Below, piece after piece: positions 12,944 through 24,397 of a DNA stretch of 64,000 bases. The first letter of the stretch is position 1; every line of letters starts with the position of its first letter. Origin of the DNA: Azolla caroliniana (taxonomy: Eukaryota > Plantae > Polypodiophyta); NCBI GenBank assembly GCA_043228905.1, contig JBHGNT010000012.1, positions 10,478,001 through 10,542,000 of the forward strand, in the 5' to 3' direction. Made by a program: the position numbers and the translations under genes. The notes below the pieces were generated by a model that searched no databases, was not told the origin of the DNA, and was given only the letters and a program-made list of their open reading frames with translations.

Positions 12944-13230
12944 TGTTACTCGTAAGAATATACGGGGAGGCATAAGGGTAGGTGTAATGATGTGGTTGAT
13001 GTATATTTGTAAAGTAAATGAGTGTGATGATGAGTATGTGTATGGACACATGCACAATTATGTGCATGTTTACAAGAATGCGTAACAGTCTTATTTATAA
13101 TGGTTATGTAACTGTTACATTGGATGTATTATATAAACCCCTTATGGGGATGTAATGAAAATACATTTTTTCCTCTTATTTTGGTGTTGTTTCTTTGTTT
13201 CACTCTCCTCTCTCTCTCTTTAACGTAACT
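12944..13230. mobile_element. Short (287 bp) solo LTR
   Basis: TGTTAC...GTAAC(T) termini flanked by CCCT on both sides (12940-12943, 13231-13234). Closely similar copy at 19444-19707. Confidence 0.7.
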
Positions 13231-14222
13231 CCCTTGGTAGGGGGGTGAAGCTTAGAATGGCATGCTTGAACAACACTTTCGACATGCTTGAACGACCGAC
13301 CTCCCTTGAGAAGAGGTCACTCTCTCCCTCCCTCTCTCGCTCTATCACTAATGCCTAACTAATGCCTCGTTCTCTCCCTCTTCGCATGTTTATCTGTATT
13401 TGTGTTGGAGAGTGTGCTTTGTACGTGGACTCTTTGTGTGAGAGCCAAATTGTGATGGAGATCTCCACACTACCCCTTGAGTCGAAGTCTATCTATTTCT
13501 CTTTCTCATAACCCTAAACTTCTTGCTTGTTCTTCATTGTTCAATGTGTTCAGGGAGCACAAGGTTTCTGTCTTGCATGTGTGTTAATCCTTTTTAAAAA
13601 TGAATTTTGATTTTGCTTCTTCATTAACTTTGACAAAAGCAAGCTACTATTATGATTCTAATTGTCATCGTCTCAGATCATCGTCTCATCCAACTATCTA
13701 CACCCCCTTACTGGTTCTCTTCTTGCTCCGAAGATCAACATGCAAGATCATTTTACCTTGTTGCAACATGTTGCTACCACAAGTTGTATTTGGTCATCGT
13801 AGAAGGAGACTCTGTCTTTCAGACCCATGGTATATCCCACCCCTTTTATTCCTCTATTCTTTTGCTGTAATGAATGTCAATGGCCTGATCTTTAACTCTA
13901 AAGCAGAAAAGATGAACTCTTTCCTAATCGAACCTATGCCTTTTACAAAAACGAGGGCAGTATCGAGGTGTGGACATCGTAGCCTTCATCCTTGTGCTAT
14001 TGTGTGCAATCAACTATTGCCTCTTCTATCAACCTTTGTCACTCTCACATGTGGTAATCAACAAGTACAAAATGGGATCAGACACCAACTCCTTCAACAT
14101 CTATTGCATAGGGTGTGCAACGTATCTCCTATTGGTGGACATGATGATGCACCTATTATTAATCAACAGAGAAACATATGGACTCATTGTGAGCATCGGC
14201 ATCATGCTAGGGTTCAGGGATG

Positions 14223-14420
14223 GTCGACAACCGAGAATACAACCAAGACACATGACCGAGAGTATAGCCAAGACGAGACATGTGGCCGAGAGTATGGCCA
14301 AGACGTGTGGCCAAGTGATGGCTGAGAAATGACGGCCGAGAAGATGGCCAGGACATGCGGCCAATAGCACGGTCGAGAATATGGCTGAGACGCGCGACCG
14401 AGAGTATGGCCAAACAACCA
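14223..14420. repeat. Degenerate minisatellite (GGCCGAGAGTATGGCCAAGAC-like units)
   Basis: Recurring GACC/GGCC-GAGA(G)TATGGCC motifs, followed by GACGA-rich and GA-rich low-complexity DNA. Confidence 0.6.
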
Positions 14421-17400
14421 CCCAAGAGAGACGACCAACGGACCAAACGACCAAAAAGACACTGGCCGAACAGACACGACAACTGACGACTCAGTCGACC
14501 GATTTGAGAGATGGCCGTTGGATAGTCGGTGACGACGACGATCGACAGATGGCCAATGAACAGGCACGACCGACGTCCGACGAACAGAAACAACCTAGAG
14601 AGACATAGACACAGACACAGAAACAGACCAAGACAGAGTAGAGAGAGAGCTCCACTGAGCTCTACCATGGCTAAAAAATGAGAAACAAATGAAGGTGAAG
14701 AAGAAATGGGAGAAAGGAAGGAGAAGAACGTAGGAAGAAGACAGAGACAGAGAAGAAAATAGAAATATGGTTGGAGCATTGGTCAAACCAAAAGGCATAA
14801 CCAAAAACTCATAATGGCCATAGCGCGTACGAAATGTCGTTTTAGAAACATCGTCCTCACCTATACGAATTTGATGGTAGCCCGTATGAAGATCAAGTTT
14901 CATAAAATACCGAGCTCCCTAGAGACGATCAATTAGATTGTCAGCCTAGGGCAATAAATATGAATTCTTGATCGTCACTTTATTCAAGTGTTAGTAATTA
15001 ATACACATACGCCATGTGCCCTCTTTCTTTTTTACCAAGAGAACAAGTGCACCCCATGGAGATTTACTATAACGTATATAACCAATTTATAAATAGTCCT
15101 TGAGTTGCTTAGATACCTCATCCTCTTCGGATCGAATTAAGCGATAAAGAGGTATACTTATTGGTGCAACGCCAGGTACAATATCTATATGATGGTCTAT
15201 ATTACATTTAGGAGGTAACCCATGTGGTAGTTCACTTGGAAAAACATCATGAAATTTAAGATTTTATCGAGTTGTTGTTCAAAAAATGTCAATTGACCCG
15301 AGACGTTATCAATATTATAAACGTGAATGTTTGGATCAAGTACACAATAAAATAAAGAAGAAAAAGAAAACTCAGATACTGATGGAGAGGAAATAATCGA
15401 AAGGAATTGTTTAATTATACATTGAATAAAATGAGTACAATCGTTTAATACAAAGGAAATGGAATGACAAACCCAATCAATAGACAAAGAAGAGTTTTTA
15501 TTATAAACCAGGGATAACCCAGTATTACATCAGTGGTACAAAGATTCATTACATGGAAGTCTACTTCCTCTACATAAGTATCAATAGAAATTCCTAATGA
15601 ATAAATCGCCCCGTTGATGTATTGTACTCTTCCATCAACCAAGTGCACCCTATAGGTGTGATCACTTACGGTGGGTTGAATTCCCCATATCTGAACCAAA
15701 CGACCATTCACAAAATTGTGTGAGCTTCCTGAATCAAATAAAAATTGTACGGGAGATCCATTGACATACCCGTTTGCACGTATTTCGGGTCCCAATACAT
15801 AGTGAGGGAAAGAACATTGACAATTACTTAAGTGATGTGTATAGACCTCAAGGACATTAGGAATCTGACCTTTATGGTCTGCAACTTTTGCTTTGTTGTC
15901 GTGCTCTTTTCGTTGGAGCTTTTGACATTGTTCTTTTGTATGACCCTTCTTTTTGCAAAATACGGAAAAAGGATGTTGTCGCTTACAATCGCAATCCATT
16001 AATTCATTGGGTGTCTTGTGTTTCCTAGCGAATTGCAACTGCTTAGTCTCGGGCGTTTCATTGGGTTTGTTATGGTCCTTCTTCGAAGTGCGTTGATAGC
16101 TAGCGAAGATATATTTCAACGGCCTCTTCGAAGGATTTTGGATCCTTATCGTGCACTATCTAGTGATAGTCTGAATTGGGGATGCCATTGACAAAACAAG
16201 TTATTAACCAATTGTCCCCGTCTAGACCCGATTTTTGGATTTGGGTTCTAGCATGGTGGACATAGTCTTCTAGCGAGGAAAACTTCCTGCTAGAGAGGTT
16301 CATTAAAGCTTGTGCTGCGGTTCGAGAGGGAGGTTGCAAAAATTGGCCCTTAAAAACCGTGACAAAATCTATCCAAGTATCGGGCAATTTCCCCAAAGTT
16401 CGGAGCCCATGCCACCAAGCGACGGCCTCACCCCCTAGTTCTCGGCCGACATATGCAATCTTCGTACTATCTGGCGTGGGATAGAACTCAAAATGAGACT
16501 CCCATCGGACCAACAACGTGCAGATTGCTTCTTCGGTTCTTTCCCATTTTTCTCTCGTAAATGGCTTTACGACAAATGATGGTTCACCCTTACGCTCATC
16601 GGGTCTATTAGTGTCACGTTGTAAACTACTGACACGTGCCTCGAGAGCACTTTGAGATTGCCTAATGAGTGGTTGAACTAAGGAAATTTTGTATTTGTAT
16701 GAAATACGAGTCAATGAAGATTGCTCCAGGAGGATTTCCTTGAGCTCCTTCCACTTGAATGATTATTTCTGGCAAAGAAATAGGATGAGGTCAGTCAAAT
16801 AGGCATAACATCAAGTTGTGATGTAAACATATCATGGGCCAACATTAATCGATATCATGATCTCACGTCAATACCCCTCTAGACGTATGAGGTGAGGTTC
16901 AAGATCAGGTTACTGTGGTAACACAAAGGTGTTTTAAAAACCATGGGGGTGACAAATGAATGTCTTTCCTTGATCTCTATATCGAAATTTTTCATGGCGG
17001 CTCCCCGAGGCTCAACCATGTATGTTCGCATCATGAATAGTTTATACACGAAAAAAATGTTAACAATAAACTATGTGTCTGTGCTCACGTATGTGGTTTC
17101 GACTCTTTAAGTCCTATTACGAGGACCCCGAATTGCACTTAGACCTACGGTCTAAACATGTATTATAGTCATATGTATCAACAATGTTGTATGGTCTTGG
17201 TCATATTTGAACTCAAGACCTCGAGAACAAATGCATTAAACACTTGAGCTAACCAAATAGGTTACTCATGTTCAATGCTTAATGTTTTATGCGTATAAGA
17301 GATATGCGAGGAATTTACTCATTTTTGTTTTTTTAAAAGAAACATATATGCCAAGAGTCCTTATTTCCCCCTCATTTACCACAAACTATGTTGGTACGTT

Positions 17401-18360
17401 ACCAAACCTCAAGTCTCATAATTATGATGGCATACGCCAAAGTGCAACCTAATGGTCAAGCCAAATGAGCCCTCTTCTCGTAGTAGGTCCACGTGGCCCA
17501 TCACATGGTTACGTCATTACGAATGCCTTTCGTATGAATGATCTCATGGTGGCATCATATCCATGTAATGAGGGATGGATGTTGGATATGTGTGTCCTAG
17601 GAGTGACGTCACATGAAGTGGGTCAAGCCCTACGTTCTCACCATCATTGTGGCTATGATCATTTCATTACGTAACGAAATCAAAGTGCCCAATGGGTATG
17701 TCAACAAAAAAGATTATTGAGAAAAGGATGATGACTATGCCATTCTCACAAACATGTGAGGACGGATACCAAGATCCTTTCCCCGAAAAGGACAACATTT
17801 GATATAGAAATTACATTATATAACTAACATACACATATGTTAGTTATTACACATATACGATCAAATACGTATACACATGAACACATATGCGTATATTAAG
17901 AAAAATCACAACATCAAATATCCAAAATATGATGAAATCGAGACACGTAATCGAGGCATATAGCCTCTACGCACACGAAACATCCAATAATAAGGGTTAA
18001 TCGTAATACACAATTGAGGTATTGACCTCTTACGCATACACCAAAACTCAAGGTATTGACCTCATACGCATACGTAACATATGCATGTGAACGTAATACG
18101 CAATTGAGGTATTAACCTCGTACACATACGACACTAATCACATATTAAATATATGTCAAATGAGGTATTAACCTCATACACAAAAAAAATACATGACCAT
18201 ATACATGATTAGACGGGAGAAGAAAAAATACAAAAAAAAAACAAGAAAGAGTTACCAAAGTTCCTTTGTTGACACTATCTGGATCAAGGTTGACCGCACG
18301 TCGATCGATCAACATCCATCAAGAAGACAAAAACAAACAAAGGAAACATTAGAAACATAA

Positions 18361-18372
18361 GCTCTGATACCA
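18361..18372 (-). promoter_or_regulatory. Primer binding site (tRNA-iMet) of G1
   Basis: GCTCTGATACCA is the reverse complement of TGGTATCAGAGC, 2 nt from the LTR. Confidence 0.9.
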
Positions 18373-18374
18373 AT

Positions 18375-18826
18375 TGTTAGAGTTATGATCTAAAGTAAGC
18401 ATATGATAAGGATAAAAGATAGATAGATAGAAAGGAGAGAGAGAAAGAAGGGTGTCGATCCACCCAACCACCCTCGAGCGAAGGGATCGAGACAGACTTG
18501 AGCCTCGATCGGTGTCCCATACCACCGTTGTGGCATCGAGTCGTACCTGGTGCTGGCGTGCTCGCTACAAGAGTTGACCCACCACAAAATAGAGTCTTGA
18601 TGTAGTCAAGATATCATCAAATGAGGGTAGCTAGGCCTCATATTTATAGCGATACCCAAGGCCCCCAGGCAAGTTCACACTTGGCCTAATGGGTTATCTC
18701 AATCCCGAGGATTAAAAGTAATCCTCCCCTTCTTTACACTCTCGTTTAACCCTCACACTTATCCACGTGTATAGAATACTATGGTAAATTCTCACCACGG
18801 GATATTATATGGTCATGCCCGTAACA
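18375..18826 (-). repeat. 5' LTR of G1 (452 bp)
   Basis: TGTTAG...GTAACA termini; TATA-like CTATAAATAT on the minus strand; homologous to the solo LTR at 56549-57003. Confidence 0.88.
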
Positions 18827-18879
18827 AGAAAGGATGAAGTGAGAGGAAGAAAAAGACAAAGAAGTAAAAGAAAAGCTTG

Positions 18880-19160
18880 GGGGCTGGATAAAAATTACAA
18901 TAATGCGAGGGCATGCAACCGAATTTCAAGAACCAGAGGGCAGCGGAGGAGAAGTTCACAAACTCAAGGGCATTCCACAAAAGTTCAGAAATGTAAGGGC
19001 AGAGTGGAAATTTTCAATAATTTGAGGGCATACCATCGAATTCTAGAAGCTCGAGTGTAGAAGAGAAAATTTCGAAAACTCAAGGGCCGAAAATAAAAAA
19101 ACATGAGGGTAAAAACTAGAATTTCAAAAAATAAGTGGTACAAATCATGAAATTTCGAAA
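18880..19160. repeat. Degenerate ~28-30 bp tandem array with AGGG(C/T)...GAA(A)TTTC core
   Basis: GAGGGC/AAGGGC/GAGGGT motifs recur about every 28-30 nt, typically followed by an AATTT/AATTC-like run. Confidence 0.55.
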
Positions 19161-19443
19161 ACACACTCACATGATGAAAGAAAGAACACGCAAATGCACA
19201 ACATGATTTCACGACCCATGCCACATTGAACTAACCGATTCGTGTATGATCCAATTGCAACTTGTGGTGACCGAACGAGAAGGTTCGAGTCAAGCAAAGC
19301 TCCGATCGAAGTTATTGATTGTAGAACAGTGATCCGGTTGAGCGATTTCCGACCGTTGAGACGACCAATGGAGTTCTGGTCAAGAAGAGTTGCCATGGCG
19401 AGTGGGTTCACAGTGCAATGCACTGTCCCACAGGTGTGCCATG

Positions 19444-19707
19444 TGTTACCTATAAGAATATACGGGGAGGCATAAGGGTAGGTGTAATGATGTGGTTGAT
19501 GTGTATGTGTAAAGTAAATGAGTCTGTGAGGATGAGTATGTATATGGACACATGCACAATTATGTGCATGTGTACAAGAATGCGTAACGATCTTATTTAT
19601 AACGGTCATGTAACCGTTACATTGGATATATTATATAAACCCCTTATGGGCATGTAATGAAGATACATCTTTTCTTCTCATTTTGGTGTTGTTTCTTTGT
19701 TTCACTC
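19444..19707. mobile_element. Second copy of the 287-bp LTR, cut off by Copia A
   Basis: Aligns to 12944-13206 and ends where the Copia LTR (TGTTGAGAC) begins. Confidence 0.8.
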
Positions 19708-22700
19708 TGTTGAGACACAAGCTCAACATTGGGTGCGTAAACGGGTGTGTAACCTGGTGCGTAGACTGGGTGCATAAAACCGTACGCACAACATGGCCGT
19801 AGCGGTGTGTAAACTGAGAGGCCGTTAGAACGTTATTCCTCATAAGGAATAGTTTTGGGAGTTAGTGTAGAAGGCTCATTTATGAGCAGTCCAGTACTGT
19901 CAATATTTGTGTCAGCCCAATAGTCAGGGCTTGTGTAAAAGGTGCTCACTGAGCACGAAGTACAAAAACACAGAGAACATACAAAGAATTATTTTTGAAT
20001 ATAGTTTTGTTTCTGCTCTCTCTCTGTCTCTCCCTCTCCTCCTCTGTGATTTCTGCGTTTTACCGAACTGTCATACTTCCAAATTGTGTACTCTGTGTCT
20101 TACGCATACGCTTCTGCACACGTATTCTTTTACATGGCATCAAAGCGCAAGGGTTGAGACTCCTCTGCAGCCGACAGGAAAGCTTGCGATAAAGACAGAG
20201 TTAAGTTATTGTTTTCGGAAAGGATAAGGCATCAATATGGACAGGGGAATGGGAAGCTCGCTACCGACTGAGAAGCTCGATAGGAGCAACTACGCATCTT
20301 GGTCGTACAAGATGCACTAGTACCTACTTGGTCATGGTTATTGGAGTTATATCAAAGGAGCTAATGATATAGCGCCCGAATTGACACACAAAGATTTTTC
20401 GGCTTGGGAACAAGCGGTAAACATAGTTCTTTACTGCTTTGCGTCCTGTGTGAGTGACCAGCCTTCGTAATGAAGCACAAGGCCAATTCGACGACCGTCA
20501 ACACCTCGAAATCGAGCGAGGTGTGGTATGTTGATTCTGGAGAGTCAAATCATATGACGAGTCATGAGGAATGGTGCTCGTACTTGGAGAAACTGGAAAA
20601 ACAAGGAGTGGTTGAGACGAGAGACGACACTCCGCATACCATCAAACATGTCGGCGAAGTTCCCCTCATCCACGTCGGGCAGAAAGGGAAACTCGTGAAC
20701 GTGCTACACGTCCAGACAATAACCAAGAACCTGGTGTCAGTCGTACAAATCGTCGACCACGGGATGCAAGTTCGATTCACACACCTCGGGTGCTACATCA
20801 AAGAGGAAGGCCAAATCATCGCGCAAGGGTGCTGTGAAGGGAAGATGTTCATCCTCGACACCAACGAAACTGGAACCGCGCTGTTCACGAAAGGGCAGAA
20901 GGTCGAATCGGATATCGACCTATGGCACAAGCGGCTCAGCCACGCTAATTTCCCACAGCTTTGTGAAATGCAAACAAAGAACGCCGAAATTTCTTGGTTG
21001 GGATGGCCAAGTCTCCGAAGCTTGCCAACTAGGGAAGCATCACCAACTTCCATTCCCAAACGAGCGTAATCGGAGTCAAATTCTGCTCGACTTAATCCAT
21101 TCGAATGTGTGGGGACCGGCACAGAACGTGAGTCTCGGTGGAAGCCGTTATTTCGTAACCTTCATCGATGTCTTCACTCGACAAACCTGGGCGTGCTTGA
21201 TCGCGAAAAAGAGAGAAGTCTTCGCATGGTTCCTGAAGGTGAAGAGACTTGCGGAAAGGAAAACTGGGCATAAGATGAACTACCTACGGTCAGATGGTAG
21301 GAAGTAGTACTTCTCCGACTAGTTCACGAGTTATCTACAGAAGGAGGAAATTCGACGGAAATTCTCGTGTAGATATATGCCAGAGCAGAACGACGTAGCC
21401 GAGCAGAAGAATCGGACAATTGAAGAAGCCGCCAGGGCAATGCTTGAAGAGAAGCATATGCCGAAGTTTTACAGGGCTGAAGCTGTAAGGACAGTTGTTT
21501 ACTTGCAAAATCGGACCTCTACTAATTGAGGAGTGTCGCCACACTAGTTGTATTTTGGAAAGAAGCCGAACTTGGCACACTTCAGGATTTTCACCAGCAT
21601 TGCATATGTGCATGTGCCGATGGAGAAGAGGAGGAAGCTGGACACCAAAGCCAAGAAATGTATCTTGGTCGACTATTTAGACGAGCAGAAGGGGTATAAG
21701 TTCTATAACCCCTAAACAAAGGAAGTTCACGTAAACCGAGATGTCGTGTTCGACGAGTCCGCTTCGTGGTACTTGCCTTCACCTCCAATACCTCATTACT
21801 CCATTCCAAATTCTGAAGAAAAGGTCAACGAGGCCAATCTACCTCTAAGTGATGAGGAAATCGGAGCTCTGACAGAGAGTCAAATCTTATTTTGACTAAG
21901 TGGGCCGAATGAGGGGTTGGGCCGAGATGGCCAACCAAATGAAAAGCCGGTGAGTAGTGGAGACTCGGCCATGTTGTCCCCGCGTAAAGAACCGAGGAGA
22001 CGGTTTACACGTAAAGAAAAAGGGAAGAAGAAAATGTCGGAATACGATTTTGGGAGTGCCGAGTCAGATCGGAGTGGATTTGACTTCGGGCCAATCGAGA
22101 AGGAACCTCTGCGGAAGAGGTCGAAATCGGCCGAAAAGCTCGTGAAATCGGGTAATCATGAATTATGCTGATTTACCCGCTTGAAGAAACCTGTAAAAAG
22201 ATACGGGTACAATGGATACATGGCGCACCATTACGCGTAGATGACACGAGTGGTAGAAGTGCGTGAGTCAGAGAGCTACGTTGAAGCGGCGAAAGACGCG
22301 AATTGGCGTGCCGTGATGGAGAAAGAGATGTGCGCTTTAACGGATAATGAGACTTGGAACCTGGTTGACGCACCTAAAGGTGTAAAGTTGATCGGATGCA
22401 GATGGGTTTTTAAGGTGAAATACAACACCGACGGCTCGGTCGATTGATATAAGGCTCGTTTGGTTGCGAAAGGCTATGCACAAAAGCACGACCTAGATTA
22501 CCACGAGACGTTTGCGCCGGTCGCGAAGATGACAACGTTGCGCGTTCTACTAGACGTAACAACCTTTGAAGGGGTGGCACTTACATGAGATGGATGTAAA
22601 AAATGCGTTCCTGCAAGGCGATCTTGAGGAACAGGTGTACATGGTACAACCCCCAGATTTCTATTTGAACAGAACACTTCGGCAGTCTGCCGATTGAAGA

Positions 22701-24396
22701 AGGCGTTATACGGACTTAAACAAGCCCCACGAGCTTGGAATGCGAAGATTACAGAACAATTGTGTAGAATGGAATTTTCGACGTCCACATCAGACTCTTT
22801 GGTTTGTCTTTTACTTTATGTTGATGATTTAGTCATTGCCGGTGTCGACCTAGAAGAAATTGTCCGCGTAAAGTCTCAGCTTGCGGCCTCGTTTGAAATG
22901 AAGGATCTTGGCGACCTTCATTACTTCCTCGGGATTGAAGTGATCCGTACCCCTGAAGGCATATTGACTAGCCAACGTCACTATGTGTTGAATATGCTCT
23001 TTAAGTTCGGGATGGCAGATTGTAAGCGCATCTCGACACTTCTGGATAGAAACGTAAAGCTTCACCGAGATTCGGGAAAGGCATGCGACCATACACATTT
23101 CAGATAGATTGTCGGAAGCCTAATCTACTTGACGATCACTCGGCCACATCTCAGTTACCCGGTCGGCTTGATCAGTCAATTTATGTCGCAACTCATGGCC
23201 GAACACTTTTAGTGCGTGCAAAGGATATTGCGATATGTCTGCGGCACTAAGGACATGGCGTTGCTATATCGGGCAGGCGTAGCGGAACAATTACTTGGCT
23301 ACATGGATGACGATTGGGCCGGAAATGCCAACGAATATAGATCCACATCCGGATATGCATTCTCAATGGGAAGTGCGGCGATTACGTGGAGCAGTAAGAA
23401 ACAGCCGATAGTGGCACTGTCGAGCATGGAGGCCGAATATCGAGGGGCAATTGTCGCTACGTGTGAAGTCATTTGGCTGAAACGACTACTACGGGATCTA
23501 CATGTGGAGGTGTCCGATCCGATGATGATCTATTGCGACAACCTCAGCAGTATCCACCTTGCGAAAAACCTTGTATTCCATGCCCGGACCAAGCACATTG
23601 AGGTGCACTACCATTTTGTCCGCTAGCGTGTTCTTTCTGGTGAAGTCAAACTAGCGTATGTTCCCACGGGTCGGCATATTGCTGACATCTTCACCAAGCC
23701 CCTTGGTCTCAACAAGTTGCGGAGTTTCTCGAGTGAGTTGGGTTTGCGTCACTTCGACACGCCTAACTTGAGCGGGAGACAGGAACAGGAGCGTGACCAC
23801 GATGCTGAATCGGATGAAGAATTCGATTTTGGGTCGGCTGAAGAAGCTGAAAGAGGAAACAAGTGTCATAATCACAAGAAAGAGCAAAAGATAGCCGGAC
23901 AAGGGGGGATACAACCAAGAAGGGCGTGAAAGCCAAGACCAAGACGTGGTTTGACGTTGTCAACGACTTGAAGACCGAAGACGAATTGGAGATAGCCAAT
24001 TCGGATGTGAGCGGAAATGAGTTGGTAGTGACCGATTCAATCGAAATGTTCGATTTGGACATGCCGAATCAACTAAGGGACGAGCGGAGGAAAGGGTAGC
24101 TGAAGAGGTGCCAATACCATGACAACATGGCAGCTGAGAAGGGCCACATGAGTAGACAAACTGACCGAAAGGGACGACGCGTGCAAAATCGAACAAGTTG
24201 AGGAGCGCGAGCGAGGCGTAAAGCCAAGAGAAGCCGTCGCGAAGATTCGGAAGAGCGGATGGAACCTCAAGTTGAGTTTGAGGGGGAGTATTGAGATACA
24301 AGCTCAACATTGGGTGTGTAACCCAATGCGTAGACTGGGTGCATAAAACCGTACGCACAACATGGCCGTAGCGGTGCGTAAACCGAGAGGCCGTTA
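19708..24396 (+). mobile_element. Ty1/Copia element A (family 1), degenerate, with a gag deletion and interrupted 3' LTR
   Basis: 5' LTR 19708-20134 (TG..CA); PBS TGGCATCAAAGC 20135-20146; gag ATG 20237; WYVDSG; integrase; LYVDDL; RNase H; PPT GAGGGGGAG ending 24288; 3' LTR 24289-24396. Confidence 0.92.
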
Positions 24397-24397
24397 A

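Larger units (their letters stand above)
14760..18826 (-). mobile_element. Ty3/Gypsy element G1 (chromovirus-like): 5' LTR, PBS, ~1.6 kb leader, gag, protease, truncated RT
   Basis: gag 16160-16714; knuckle CKKKGHTKEQC; protease FLFDSGSSHNFV; [15 protein letters not shown]...[14 protein letters not shown] breaks off before YxDD; PBS TGGTATCAGAGC. Confidence 0.9.

Noticed and set aside
13600-14325. 241-aa plus-strand ORF and overlapping ORFs
   Set aside because: No recognisable domain; it runs into a minisatellite and is probably chance open frames in TE-derived DNA.
17950-18180. CRISPR-like palindromic repeats with spacers
   Set aside because: Repeats are only ~14-25 nt, irregularly spaced, inside a plant retrotransposon leader, with no cas genes. 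Reported as a stem-loop array instead.
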